Shown here: piece after piece, positions 26,611 through 36,338 of the stretch | Layout of the letters: every line of letters begins with the position of its first letter | How positions within the stretch are numbered: the first letter of the stretch is position 1 | Notes under the pieces: generated by a model | The model's database searches: none | Told to the model about the DNA's origin: nothing | What the model saw: only the letters and a program-made list of their open reading frames with translations | Sequence record: NC_019405.1 | DNA length: 64,000 bases | Reading direction: 5' to 3' (one strand) | Translations under genes and position numbers: made by a program

Positions 26611-27135
26611 ATGCGCCATGTCACCCTCACCCTGGATGGTCCGATCGCCGTCGGCAAGTCGCGGCTGCTGCGCACCATCGCCTTCGCCCTGGAGAAGACC
26701 TATCCGGGCAAGTTCGCCTTCACCGGCGACGTGGTCGACTGCGCGCCCCTGGCGGTCAACACCATCGAGCCGATGACCATCACCGTGGTCGAGAAGACCG
26801 ACGGCCGCGCCTATCCCGTGACCCAGGCCGCGCTCTTGAGCGCCGAGGCGGCGCGTGAACTGACCGCCGGCCTGACCAGCGACGAACTCGTGGCCGAAAT
26901 CTCCAAGGCCGTCGGCGCCGCCGCCCGCGCCGGCCTGAGCCGCGCGGTGATCGGCAAGGACATCGTGCGCGGGGTCTCCGACTGGAACGGCGACGCCAAC
27001 GACACCGTGATCGGCCGGGCCGCCAAGCAGGCCCGCGCCGCCGGCTACGCGGTCAAGAAGGGCATGGATGGCGACCTCGTCATCGAGTGGAAGACCAAGG
27101 TCGCTCCGCCCTTCGCCGGCTATCTGGACCGCTGA
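26611..27135 (+). CDS. Hypothetical protein (174 aa)
   Basis: N-terminal GPIAVGKS resembles a P-loop; otherwise unknown. Confidence 0.75.
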   Translation: MRHVTLTLDGPIAVGKSRLLRTIAFALEKTYPGKFAFTGDVVDCAPLAVNTIEPMTITVVEKTDGRAYPVTQAALLSAEAARELTAGLTSDELVAEISKAVGAAARAGLSRAVIGKDIVRGVSDWNGDANDTVIGRAAKQARAAGYAVKKGMDGDLVIEWKTKVAPPFAGYLDR

Positions 27136-27139
27136 GCCG

Positions 27140-27343
27140 ATGTCGACCCGCATCCAGCCGCATGACCTTCGCCTCCAGTCGGCGATCGCCGACTTCCACG
27201 AGCGCAACCTGATGTGCCCGGAGCCGGACTGCGACTGGGGCGTGATCGAGACCGGGGAAGAGGACCCCGACACCTGCATCCCCATCACCAAGACCTGTCC
27301 GGTGTGCGCCGGCCGGGGCTTCCTGCCGAAGAAGGCCGCCTGA
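27140..27343 (+). CDS. Zn-finger protein (67 aa)
   Basis: CPEPDC...CPVCAGRG (DnaJ-like CxxCxGxG). Confidence 0.7.
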   Translation: MSTRIQPHDLRLQSAIADFHERNLMCPEPDCDWGVIETGEEDPDTCIPITKTCPVCAGRGFLPKKAA

Positions 27344-28401
27344 TGACCGACGTCTACGCCCCCGATCTCTGCATCTACCATGGCAACTGCGCCGACGGGT
27401 TCACCGCCGCCTGGGCGGTCTACCGCCGCTTCGAGGGCGCGGTGCAGTTCCTGCCCGGCGTCTACGGCCGCCAGATCAACGACGACGTCGTGCTGGGCCG
27501 CCACGTCCTGCTGGTCGACTTCTCCTTCAAGAAGGAGGAGTTGAAGCGCATCGCCCAGATCGCCGCCTCGGTGACCATCATCGACCACCACAAGTCGGCG
27601 GCCGAGGACCTCAAGGACTTCATCGTCTCCGAGGCGCTGATGGACCTGACCCCGGCCGAATACGCCGAACTCTGCCATTTCGCCGGGCGCCTGCCGATCC
27701 GCGCCCTGTTCGACATGGATCGCTCGGGCGCGGGCATGACCTGGGACTTCTTCCACCGTGACACCCCGCGCATGAAGATCATCGACTATGTCGAGGACCG
27801 CGACCTGTGGCGCTTCGACCAGGAAGGCTCGCGCGAGGTCTCGGCCTACATCTTCGCCCACGACTACCGCTTCGACAACTGGGACGCCCTGGCCGGCGAG
27901 ATCGAGATCGACCTCCCGACGGTGATCGCCGCCGGCGCGGCGATCGAGAAGAAGCACCACAAGGACATCGGCGAGCTTCTGCGCCAGACCCAGCGCGAGA
28001 TGATCATCGGCGGCTACCGCGTGCCGGTCGCCAACATGCCCTACACCCTGGCCAGCGACGCGGCCAACAAGATGGCCTCCACCCCGCGCGCCGACGGCAC
28101 CCTGCCGGCCTTCGCCGCCTGCTACTTCGACAACAACGCCGGCAAGCGGGCCTTCTCGCTGCGGGCGATCGACGGCGGCGCCGACGTCTCGCAGATCGCC
28201 AGTCAGTACGGCGGCGGCGGGCACGCCAAGGCCGCCGGCTTCTCGGCCGACCAGGGCTGGGAGGGCGAGGGCGACGAGGCCTATGACGCGTGGCTGAAGA
28301 CCAGGGTCGCCGCCAGCATCGCCGAACTGGAAGCCGGCAAGGGCATCCCCGGCGAACTGGTCGAGGCCGAGTTCGCCAAGCGCCGGGCGGGGACGGCGTG
28401 A
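27343..28401 (+). CDS. DHH/DHHA1 phosphoesterase with C-terminal PaaA2-like extension (352 aa)
   Basis: YHGNCADG, VDFS, IDHH, DRDLW and GGGGHAKAAG motifs. Confidence 0.88.
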   Translation: MTDVYAPDLCIYHGNCADGFTAAWAVYRRFEGAVQFLPGVYGRQINDDVVLGRHVLLVDFSFKKEELKRIAQIAASVTIIDHHKSAAEDLKDFIVSEALMDLTPAEYAELCHFAGRLPIRALFDMDRSGAGMTWDFFHRDTPRMKIIDYVEDRDLWRFDQEGSREVSAYIFAHDYRFDNWDALAGEIEIDLPTVIAAGAAIEKKHHKDIGELLRQTQREMIIGGYRVPVANMPYTLASDAANKMASTPRADGTLPAFAACYFDNNAGKRAFSLRAIDGGADVSQIASQYGGGGHAKAAGFSADQGWEGEGDEAYDAWLKTRVAASIAELEAGKGIPGELVEAEFAKRRAGTA

Positions 28402-28574
28402 CCGAGACCCGCACCCGGATCGCCAAGGCCGTCCACACCCTCGTCAAGGTGCTGACCGCGCCCGACGTCCCGGACGAACTGACCAAGAAGCTCGTCCTCG
28501 CCGATATCAAACGCGCCCGCTGGGAACTCCAGGAGATCGAGCGCATCTGCCAACAGGAGATCGCCGGTGGCTGA
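28398..28574 (+). CDS. Hypothetical protein (58 aa)
   Basis: GTGA overlap. Confidence 0.6.
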   Translation: MTETRTRIAKAVHTLVKVLTAPDVPDELTKKLVLADIKRARWELQEIERICQQEIAGG

Positions 28575-29043
28575 TCTGACGATCAATCTCGACGCCCTGC
28601 CGGCTCCGCCCGAGCCGCCGGCCTACGATTTCCGGGACGATCAAAACCTCGTCCCCCGCGCCCGGATAATCGCCGACGGCCTCCTGGCCGGCCGCCACAT
28701 CCTCCACGGCGACGAGCACACCCTGGCGCGCGCCGTGATCGTGCTGCTGGAGGAGCGGGAGAAGAAGACCAATTCGCCCTGCACCCTGATCGTCGTCGAG
28801 GGCGTGGTCGAGCGCGATCGGCTGCAAAAGCTGCTCGATCCGACCACCAAGGCCTTCCATGTCATCACCCCGATGCAGCGCGGCGAGGCCACGCGGGGCC
28901 GGCGCTATGCGGCGATCTTCGTCCGCTATCCCTCGGCCGCGTGGTTCGACGCCAAGAACGTCGAGACCCACCAGTTCCAGGCCTGGGAACGCGAGCACCT
29001 CTTTCCCCGCCTCCTCAAGGGCGGTCACTTCCAGCACATCTAG
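28567..29043 (+). CDS. Hypothetical protein (158 aa)
   Basis: AGGAG RBS, GTG start. Confidence 0.75.
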   Translation: MADLTINLDALPAPPEPPAYDFRDDQNLVPRARIIADGLLAGRHILHGDEHTLARAVIVLLEEREKKTNSPCTLIVVEGVVERDRLQKLLDPTTKAFHVITPMQRGEATRGRRYAAIFVRYPSAAWFDAKNVETHQFQAWEREHLFPRLLKGGHFQHI

Positions 29044-29049
29044 GACCCC

Positions 29050-29214
29050 ATGCAACAGCCCGAAACCATCACCGTCGACGTCCAGCCGGCCGAAGTCCCC
29101 GCGCCCAAGCCGCGCCCGCGCGCCAAGGTCCACGAGCCCCAGCGGTTCAACACCTTCAAGGCCGCCCTGTTCGGCACCACGTCCCTGATCCAGATCACCC
29201 GCTACGCCGGATGA
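29050..29214 (+). CDS. Hypothetical protein (54 aa)
   Basis: AGGA RBS. Confidence 0.6.
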   Translation: MQQPETITVDVQPAEVPAPKPRPRAKVHEPQRFNTFKAALFGTTSLIQITRYAG

Positions 29215-29480
29215 ACCCCTCCCGCCGCCGCGCGATGCTGGCCCAGATCGAGACCTGCAAGCAGTCGAGCTTGGTCGTCGAGGAGGCGACCAAGCACTGG
29301 CGGCGCGATTACGAGGCCTATCACCACGTGATGGTCTCCGGGCAGGTGGGACGCTATTCCGACGAGGCCATGAAGGCGCTTACCCTCCAGGCCTCCGCCA
29401 CCTATGAGGCCCTTCTGGACGCGCTCCGTGTACACGCCAACAACCTCGAACGCCTGCGTTCGCTGCGAGGCCATTTCTGA
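29211..29480 (+). CDS. Hypothetical protein (89 aa)
   Basis: ATGA overlap. Confidence 0.65.
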   Translation: MNPSRRRAMLAQIETCKQSSLVVEEATKHWRRDYEAYHHVMVSGQVGRYSDEAMKALTLQASATYEALLDALRVHANNLERLRSLRGHF

Positions 29481-29920
29481 TGCGCTACTACCTCGACACC
29501 GAGTTCAATGGCTTTGGCGGGGAGTTGATCTCCCTGGCCCTGGTCCGCGAGGACGGCAAATGGCTGTACCTCGTCTACGAGACGCCCAAGGCGGTCGATC
29601 CGTGGGTCGCCGAGAACGTGATCCCGATCGTTCACCTGCCGGGCCTGCTGCCGATCCACGTCTCCCACGAGGCGGGGGCGGAATTCCTCGCCCAGTTCCT
29701 GGCGGGCGACGACGCGGTCGAGATCATCACCGACTGGCCCGACGACATCCGCTACTTCTGTCAGGCGATCATCGCCGGCCCCGGCATGCTATCGCCCATG
29801 GTCCCGAATCTGAAGTTCTCCATGGTGCGGACCGACGCCTACCCGACCACCTTGCCGGGCGCGGTGCAGCACAACGCCGTCTGGGATGCGCGCGCCCTGC
29901 GCCACCTCATGCTCTCGTGA
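29480..29920 (+). CDS. DEDDh 3'-5' exonuclease (Rv2179c-like exoribonuclease)
   Basis: YLDTEF...LISLALV, WP.D, HNA.WDARAL. Confidence 0.85.
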   Translation: MRYYLDTEFNGFGGELISLALVREDGKWLYLVYETPKAVDPWVAENVIPIVHLPGLLPIHVSHEAGAEFLAQFLAGDDAVEIITDWPDDIRYFCQAIIAGPGMLSPMVPNLKFSMVRTDAYPTTLPGAVQHNAVWDARALRHLMLS

Positions 29921-30450
29921 GGCCCACGGCTCGGTGCCGGCGCAAGAAGCCGGCGCGCAACTTCCGGATGATGGCGGCGACCTCGACCACGAGCGTCGCC
30001 ACCCACCGCACCTATCCGGGCAAGCTGATCGCCCCGGCGCCGGGCCACTGCCGCTGGTGTACTGGCCCCATCCTCAAACCGGACGGCTCGATCAACCGCC
30101 GCAAGACCTTCTGCTCGCAGGTCTGCGTCTCCCACTACCTGCTGCGCGCCGATCCCGCCGAGATGCGCCGCCACGTCTTCTTCCGCGACCAGGGAGTCTG
30201 CGCTGCTTGTAAAAAGAGATGGCTCTACCTTGACGATAGTGGCTGGCAGGCCGACCACATCGAGCCCCTCTTCCTGGCCTTCGGGGACCTCGCCTACTGG
30301 GAGCCGGAGAACGTCCAGGTCCTCTGCACCGACCCGTGTCACAAGCAAAAATCGGCCGACGACATGCGCAAGTACGGCTTCGTGCTCAAGCTGACCCGCG
30401 AGCGCAAGCAGCCCGAAAAGCGGCGGCGGTTAGCCGAAAGACTATCTTGA
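29917..30450 (+). CDS. HNH endonuclease with N-terminal Zn ribbon
   Basis: RD...C..C...WQADHIEP...N.Q.LC..CH..KS; start uncertain (29917/29968). Confidence 0.85.
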   Translation: MRPTARCRRKKPARNFRMMAATSTTSVATHRTYPGKLIAPAPGHCRWCTGPILKPDGSINRRKTFCSQVCVSHYLLRADPAEMRRHVFFRDQGVCAACKKRWLYLDDSGWQADHIEPLFLAFGDLAYWEPENVQVLCTDPCHKQKSADDMRKYGFVLKLTRERKQPEKRRRLAERLS

Positions 30451-30464
30451 GTCAAGCGCGATCT

Positions 30465-30505
30465 GTCGTGAATCTTGACATTCGGCGAATTTTTTGCTAG
30501 GTTCC
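30465..30505 (+). promoter_or_regulatory. GANTC/-35 promoter for the head operon
   Basis: GTCGTGAATCTTGACA-16-CTAGGT. Confidence 0.7.
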
Positions 30506-30608
30506 CCAGCATCCCGATAGAGGTTGGCACATCCCGACGCCGCCAGCCGTCTCGCAACGCGACGGGTCGTCGCCCATACCACGGGGTCCGTGGGTAGAGA
30601 GAAACTGT

Positions 30609-31400
30609 ATGCCTGTTCTGTCCTACGATACGCTCGACATGGTCCCCGAGGGCCTGCGCGAGTTCGCGAAGCAAGTCGACGGCAGCGAGAAGTTCCAAGT
30701 GAACGTCGTCAGCGCCGCGAAGATCGACGAGTTCCGCGACAACAACATCAAGATTTCGAAGGAGCGTGACGCGCTCCTGGAGAAGGTGGCCCGGCTGGAG
30801 CCGATCGTCGGCGAAGACCCGGACGCCTTCAGCGCCAAGCTGACGGAACTGCAAGCGATCGCCCAGCGCGTCGCCGACGGTGACCTGAAGGAAGGCCGCG
30901 CCCTCGAAGAAGCGCTCCAGAAGCGCACCGAGGAGATGCGGAAGCAGTACGACGACCGTCTCCAGCAGACGGGCAAGGAACGGGCCGCGTGGCAGTCCAA
31001 GCACGATGAACTGGAGCGCCGGTTCAAGCAGTCGCTGGTCAGCAACGCGATCACCGCCGCCGCGATGGCGCAGGGCTCGGGCATCGACCCGACCGCGATC
31101 ACCGAGGTGGTTCGCTCGGGCCTGGACGTGTTCAAGGCCGACGATCAGGGCCGTCTGACCCCCTATGTGGGCGACGCTCCGCTCTACGGCGCCGACGGTG
31201 TCACGCCGATGACGCCGAAGGAATGGCTGCAAAAGCTGAAGGAGGAGAAGCCGTTCTTCTTCCTCAACAGCAGCGGCGGCGGGGCCGGCGGCGACAAGAC
31301 CAAGACGGTTCACGGCGTCACGCCGGAGCGTCTGAAGGGCATGTCGGCGGCCGAGCGTCTGGCCATCGCCAATGGCGAGAAGTCGGCGCGGCTGCGCTAA
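30609..31400 (+). CDS. Probable capsid scaffolding protein (263 aa)
   Basis: Long coiled coil ending PFFF..SSGGGAGG, directly upstream of MCP. Confidence 0.7.
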   Translation: MPVLSYDTLDMVPEGLREFAKQVDGSEKFQVNVVSAAKIDEFRDNNIKISKERDALLEKVARLEPIVGEDPDAFSAKLTELQAIAQRVADGDLKEGRALEEALQKRTEEMRKQYDDRLQQTGKERAAWQSKHDELERRFKQSLVSNAITAAAMAQGSGIDPTAITEVVRSGLDVFKADDQGRLTPYVGDAPLYGADGVTPMTPKEWLQKLKEEKPFFFLNSSGGGAGGDKTKTVHGVTPERLKGMSAAERLAIANGEKSARLR

Positions 31401-31564
31401 GTCACGAAACCCTGGTTTCGTGATCTGATCTAGGCCCCTCGGGGCGGAGTTGCCGGGCTCTCTTGCAAAAGCCCGGACCGATTTCGCCCGCACGGGCCAG
31501 AGCTTGAGCGCCGATCCTGGCGATCGCTCGAACAAGTCAAGTCACGAAACTCTGGTTTCGTGAC
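31401..31564. promoter_or_regulatory. Two GTCACGAAAC-N4-GTTTCGTGA(C/T) palindromes before MCP
   Basis: 31401-31424 and 31541-31564. Confidence 0.75.
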
Positions 31565-31663
31565 AAGAGAATTCCCTCGGTGACGGCCGGTCGACCGAGG
31601 GGCAGACCGAGACGGGGTCCGTCTCTCAACCAGACCGGTGCGAACACCAAGAGGAGCAAGCCA

Positions 31664-32599
31664 ATGGCTGCTGTGACCCTGCTGCAAGCGTCCGAAATGG
31701 CGCTCGGCAACGACGAAGTCAAGCGCGCCGCGATCATCGAACTTTTCGCGACGCCCGACATCCTGCGCGTGATCCCGTTCCTGGACATCCAGGGCGGCGC
31801 GTACACCTACCTGCAAGAAGGCCAGCTCTCGGGCGTCGCCTTCCGGGGTATCAACGAGTCCTACGACACGTCGACCGGCGTGATCAACCCGCAAGTCGAG
31901 CGCCTGCGCATCGTCGGCGGTGACCTGGACGTCGACAAGTCCCTGCTGAAGACCCACGGCGCCAACGTGCGTTCGCAGCAGGAGCGCATGAAGGTCAAGG
32001 CCCTGAGCCTGTACCTCGCCGGCAAGATCATCAACGGCGACTCGGAAGCCGACCCCCGCGAGTTCGACGGTCTGCGCAAGCGCATCACCGGTTCGCAACT
32101 GTTCCCGGCCGGCGCGACCGCTGGCGGTGACGCCCTGTCGCTGGCCATCCTGGACGAAGCCATCGACGCGGTCGACGGCGCCACGCACCTGATCATGTCG
32201 AAGCGCATGCGTAACCTGCTCGCGCAGTCGGCCAACAACCCCAACGTCACCGGCTACGTGACCTGGGACAAGGACGAGTTCGGCATGCGCGTGATGCGCT
32301 ACGCTGACCTGCCGATCCTGGTCACCGACTACGACGACAAGAACCAGCAGGTCATCGACTTCAACGAAGCCTGCCCTGGCGGCGGCTCGGCGGTCGGCAC
32401 CTCGATCTACGTCGTCAACATCGGCGACGAAGGCGTGGTCGGCCTCCAGAACGGCGTCATGGAGATCGAAGACCTCGGCGAGATCGACGCCAAGCCGGTT
32501 CTGCGCACCCGCGTTGAATGGCTGGTCTCGCTGGCCGTCCTGAGCGGTCGCTCCGCCGCTCGCGTCTGGGGCATCAAGAAGGCCGCCGTCACCCGCTAA
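31664..32599 (+). CDS. Major capsid protein (311 aa)
   Basis: GAGGAG RBS; HK97-fold-like pattern (FRGINESY, GGDLDVDK, FDGL.KR); highly biased codons. Confidence 0.9.
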   Translation: MAAVTLLQASEMALGNDEVKRAAIIELFATPDILRVIPFLDIQGGAYTYLQEGQLSGVAFRGINESYDTSTGVINPQVERLRIVGGDLDVDKSLLKTHGANVRSQQERMKVKALSLYLAGKIINGDSEADPREFDGLRKRITGSQLFPAGATAGGDALSLAILDEAIDAVDGATHLIMSKRMRNLLAQSANNPNVTGYVTWDKDEFGMRVMRYADLPILVTDYDDKNQQVIDFNEACPGGGSAVGTSIYVVNIGDEGVVGLQNGVMEIEDLGEIDAKPVLRTRVEWLVSLAVLSGRSAARVWGIKKAAVTR

Positions 32600-32676
32600 G
32601 GGTGATGGCTCAGGGGGCTCCTAGCCCCCTGACCTTCCTGGTCCTCTCCACCCCCATCTAAGCAGGAAATCCCCAG

Positions 32677-33123
32677 ATGGAATCCAAGATTCGTCACCAG
32701 TACGACGCGCTCCTGGCGCTTCAGCCGGTCGGCACCGCTGCGGTGACCGCCGACGGCTCGTCGGTCAACGCCGTCGACATCTACCGCATCGCCAACGGTC
32801 GCGGCGACGTCGCCGGCCGTTACGGCATCGGCTCGTTCGACATCGTGTTCTACTTCAAGGCGGCCACCACCGGCGGCGCGACCCCGGAGACGTACACGAT
32901 CAACGTCGTGACCACCGACGCCGCTGGCGCCAACCCCGTGGTGCAGGAGACCTTCACGGTCGAAAGCAACATGATCGGCGACCCCTACGTCCTGGCCTTC
33001 CACCCGGCTTCGCTGAAGCTGAAGGACGCCGACGCGGCCAAGGTGAAGCTGACCATCGACGTGGCCGGCACCGCGCCGTCGCTCGACTTCTACGCCTTCG
33101 TGGCTCCGCACTCGCACCAGTAA
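32677..33123 (+). CDS. Minor capsid / decoration protein (148 aa)
   Basis: Follows MCP, biased codons, terminator after; matches phiCbK-type gene order. Confidence 0.7.
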   Translation: MESKIRHQYDALLALQPVGTAAVTADGSSVNAVDIYRIANGRGDVAGRYGIGSFDIVFYFKAATTGGATPETYTINVVTTDAAGANPVVQETFTVESNMIGDPYVLAFHPASLKLKDADAAKVKLTIDVAGTAPSLDFYAFVAPHSHQ

Positions 33124-33160
33124 TGGGCGAGCCGGGTTCCCGGCGTTCGGTCAAAGTCAA

Positions 33161-33190
33161 CCCCCGGACCCTGGTCCGGGGGTTTTCTTT
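33161..33190 (+). terminator. Rho-independent terminator
   Basis: CCCCGGACC/GGTCCGGGG plus TTTTCTTTT. Confidence 0.8.
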
Positions 33191-33314
33191 TGGTCGCTAT
33201 GGCCCAGAAATGTCGTGAATCTTGACACAAGGGCCGTTTCATGCCAGAAGTCAAGTCTCTTTTGAGCGCGGCATAGAAGGGCCGTGCCGGTCTCCCCCGA
33301 AACGGAAAATCCCC

Positions 33315-33701
33315 ATGAGCAACAAGAACCTCGTGCCCGTCTACTCGCCGGAAGGCAAGAAGGAACTGCACACCCGCCTGAACGCCTACGACCTCGTCAA
33401 TGGCGCCGGCTGGACCTGGAAGCCGGGCATCGAGACCACGCCGGCCGCGATCCCGCCCTACCGCGCTCCGGCCGTCGGCGCTGAACCGGCCCAAGCCGTG
33501 CTGGATCGCGCCGGTCACCGCAACGATCGCACCCTGACCGAAGTGGTCGGCGACGAAGCCGAGGCCGACGCTGATCTGGACGCCGCCGAGGACGAAGTCG
33601 TCGAGGACGCCGCCGACGAGGCTCCGGTCGCCGAAGAAGCCCCCGCCGCTCCTGCCGCCCCGGCGGCGCGCGGTCGTGGCCGTAAGCCCACGGCGGCCTA
33701 A
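33315..33701 (+). CDS. Hypothetical protein, acidic tail (128 aa)
   Basis: After GANTC promoter at 33212. Confidence 0.8.
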   Translation: MSNKNLVPVYSPEGKKELHTRLNAYDLVNGAGWTWKPGIETTPAAIPPYRAPAVGAEPAQAVLDRAGHRNDRTLTEVVGDEAEADADLDAAEDEVVEDAADEAPVAEEAPAAPAAPAARGRGRKPTAA

Positions 33702-33704
33702 GCC

Positions 33705-33986
33705 ATGGTGGAACTCGGCTACTTCAGCAAGACCTGGGTCGTGGACGTCACCTCGACCTCCGACGTCTTCCCCAACCCCGGCAACGGGCAGACCTTCATG
33801 CTGCGCGCCGACCGCAAGATTCACCTCGCGCGGTCGGTGGACAACAACGCCGAGGCCACCACGGGCGACTGCCTCCTCCTGGCCGACGAGCCCGCCAGCT
33901 TCGCTATGGAAGTCGGCGGCTCGATCGCCTTCATCCTGGCCGCCGGCGAGACCGACGGCAAAATCTTCATCACCCAGGTGAACTAA
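33705..33986 (+). CDS. Putative virion structural protein (93 aa)
   Basis: Beta-rich, in structural operon. Confidence 0.75.
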   Translation: MVELGYFSKTWVVDVTSTSDVFPNPGNGQTFMLRADRKIHLARSVDNNAEATTGDCLLLADEPASFAMEVGGSIAFILAAGETDGKIFITQVN

Positions 33987-33989
33987 GCC

Positions 33990-34382
33990 GTGGCGAACCA
34001 GTCCTACAAGCTGCACGACGTGATCATCGCCTACGTCAAGGCCAGCAACCCGGAACTCGGGTTGCTGACCGCCGCCCCGAACCCGGACGGCACCGGCGTG
34101 GTCGAGCCCAACAGCGTCTTTGGCTACGGACGTCAACCCATCGCGTTTGGCACGACCGTGCGCATGACCGGCGTCGACGCCGGCAAGTCCTCGATCTCCA
34201 ATACCGTGCCGATCGTCTTCGGCCCGACCGTCACCGACGGCTGGCCGACGGTCACCCACTGGGGCGTGTTCGACGAGAACGGCGACCTGCTCGACTACGG
34301 CCCGCTGCCGGCGACCCGCACCCTGCCGGTCGGCGACTCGATCTCGTTCGGTGTGGGGGCGGTGCAACTCCGCTACGCCTAA
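33990..34382 (+). CDS. Fibre/baseplate-type structural protein (130 aa)
   Basis: GY.RQ.I.F...NT..I.F...W.TVTHW.VFD...G.LL.YG.L pattern. Confidence 0.75.
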   Translation: MANQSYKLHDVIIAYVKASNPELGLLTAAPNPDGTGVVEPNSVFGYGRQPIAFGTTVRMTGVDAGKSSISNTVPIVFGPTVTDGWPTVTHWGVFDENGDLLDYGPLPATRTLPVGDSISFGVGAVQLRYA

Positions 34383-34385
34383 GTC

Positions 34386-36329
34386 ATGGCCCGCGTCTGG
34401 ACCGCACGCGCTGGCGCCCTGGTCCGCTCCGAAGCGGTCCTGGTCTCCAATCTCCAGCAGGCGACCGAGTTCGTCGGCGAGATCGCGTTCGACGCCACCC
34501 TCAAGCCGTATTCGGGGCAGTCCTCCGCCATCGTCGCCGAGTTCGGCCTCGATGGCGACTCGGTCTGGTGGCCGGGCTATCCGGTCGCGTTCGATCCGCC
34601 GTTCCTGATCATCGGCGAGTTCGGACTGAGCCTGTCGAAGGGCGCCTCGTCGATCTTCCCGTTCGAGTTCGATCGGGGCATCGACGACAAAACCTCCCTG
34701 GTCCAGGCCCTGAACGACGCCGGCTACACGGGCGGCGGGGGCGGCACGCCCTTCGACGACAGCTTCGACATCGTCCTGAGCGACGGTGACGAGGATGTCT
34801 CGCAAGGCGCCCTGGACCTCACCGGCCTGTCGGTCGGCGAGTCGATCGTCAATCTCGACGTCCTGCTCGGCAAGCTCATCCCGCCGATGCCGCCGGCCTT
34901 CCCGAACGGCACGCTGTCGATCAGCAACACCGCCGGCAACGACCCGCGACTGGCGAGCGGCTTCACCGACAATATCGGCTCGGGCCTGACGGCGGGGACC
35001 TCGGTCACCCGCATCACCGCCGCCGGCGTTTCGACCTTCGCCTTCAACGACGTCGGTCCGGGCAATGACGGCGTCCTCCAGGCCCTGCTCAACGGCGCGG
35101 TCGCCGCCACCCGCACCCTGACTGGCGCCGACGAGGGCAACTATTCGGGTCTGGTGATCGCCGACCAGAAGGACTACCCGACCGACCGGCCGGGCTTCTG
35201 GAAGTCGATGGACGTCAGCCTCAACCTCCTGGCGGTCCCGGTCGGGGTCGACAAGATCAGGCTCAACCATACGGCGGCGGGCCAGACCAACGAGGCGGTG
35301 TTCATCCGCGACACCCTGACGGCGGTCCCGACTGTGAGCGCCGGCAGCGTCGTCCAGGAAAACGCCGGCACCCTGGCCTATTCGTCAGGCGTGCCCCATT
35401 ATGGCACCGGCGCGACCCTGACGGTGGGCCTGTCGTTCAACAACCTCGCAGGGGAGACCTATTACGGCGGCACGGACCCGGTGACGATCTCCGGCTCCAA
35501 TTCGATCATGTCGAACAAGACGCTGAGCTACGGCGCGATCGGGTTCACCACGCCATTCGCGCGCAACACCACCGCCGCCCAGGCGATCACCCCGCAGTCG
35601 GTCGCCATCGACGGCACCAACGTCCACACCTCGGGCGTGATCCAGGGCACGGCGCGCAACGTCAACGGGGCTTCGGCCACGGTGACCCTGTCCTCGACGG
35701 TGATCCTGGTCAAGCGCGGAACGGCGACCGGCAAGCTCGACGAGCTTTCGATCCCGGTTTCGGGCATGGGCTCGACGCCCAACGGCCTCAACGCCACCCG
35801 CGTCGGACTGGGCGCGGGCGACACCCCGGCCGGCACGCCTCAGTCCTGGGACCAGACCGCCGCTCTGGCGACCCACGAAGCCGCCTGCGTGGCCGGGATC
35901 ATCGGGCACAACACGACCAACTACGCCACCGGCTACCTCCCGCAGGGACCCAATCTCTCGGTGGGCCGGACCGGGGCGCAGTACATCACCCTGTCGTTCA
36001 AGCGCGCGGCGCGCTCGACCTTCCGGATCGCGCTTTCTGGCTCCTACGCCGGCTGCTGGATCAAGCTGCCCGGCGTGTCGACCGCCCAGCCCAACGCCCC
36101 GAACGGCTGGTGGAACGCGTTCCAGGCCTATGACGGCGCCGGCATCCCCGGCGAGGCGGGCGATCCGAACGCCGGCTGCGCCCTCGGGGCGGTCATGAAC
36201 GGCGCCTCGGGCACGTTCCAGATCACCTTCGGTACGGAGTCCTCGACCAACGCGACCAACAACGAAATCCTGGTCCGCCTGAAGTTCAACTCCGGGCAGA
36301 CGCTCACCGCGCTGTCGTTCACGAACTAA
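34386..36329 (+). CDS. Putative virion structural protein (647 aa)
   Basis: Thr/Gly/Ser-rich beta protein. Confidence 0.85.
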   Translation: MARVWTARAGALVRSEAVLVSNLQQATEFVGEIAFDATLKPYSGQSSAIVAEFGLDGDSVWWPGYPVAFDPPFLIIGEFGLSLSKGASSIFPFEFDRGIDDKTSLVQALNDAGYTGGGGGTPFDDSFDIVLSDGDEDVSQGALDLTGLSVGESIVNLDVLLGKLIPPMPPAFPNGTLSISNTAGNDPRLASGFTDNIGSGLTAGTSVTRITAAGVSTFAFNDVGPGNDGVLQALLNGAVAATRTLTGADEGNYSGLVIADQKDYPTDRPGFWKSMDVSLNLLAVPVGVDKIRLNHTAAGQTNEAVFIRDTLTAVPTVSAGSVVQENAGTLAYSSGVPHYGTGATLTVGLSFNNLAGETYYGGTDPVTISGSNSIMSNKTLSYGAIGFTTPFARNTTAAQAITPQSVAIDGTNVHTSGVIQGTARNVNGASATVTLSSTVILVKRGTATGKLDELSIPVSGMGSTPNGLNATRVGLGAGDTPAGTPQSWDQTAALATHEAACVAGIIGHNTTNYATGYLPQGPNLSVGRTGAQYITLSFKRAARSTFRIALSGSYAGCWIKLPGVSTAQPNAPNGWWNAFQAYDGAGIPGEAGDPNAGCALGAVMNGASGTFQITFGTESSTNATNNEILVRLKFNSGQTLTALSFTN

Positions 36330-36338
36330 GGGACGGCC

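Noticed and set aside
26611-26680. Kinase call from GPIAVGKS
   Set aside because: P-loop-like only; no further kinase motifs are recognisable.
25885-28224. 779-aa minus-strand ORF, and similar long antisense ORFs (33090-35270, 39571-42387, 56782-59229, 59756-63865)
   Set aside because: Mirror-frame artefacts of GC3-rich sense genes; no RBS and no domain motifs.
31580-31663. Upstream extension of MCP suggested by the ORF track
   Set aside because: The strong GAGGAG RBS and protein composition support ATG 31664.
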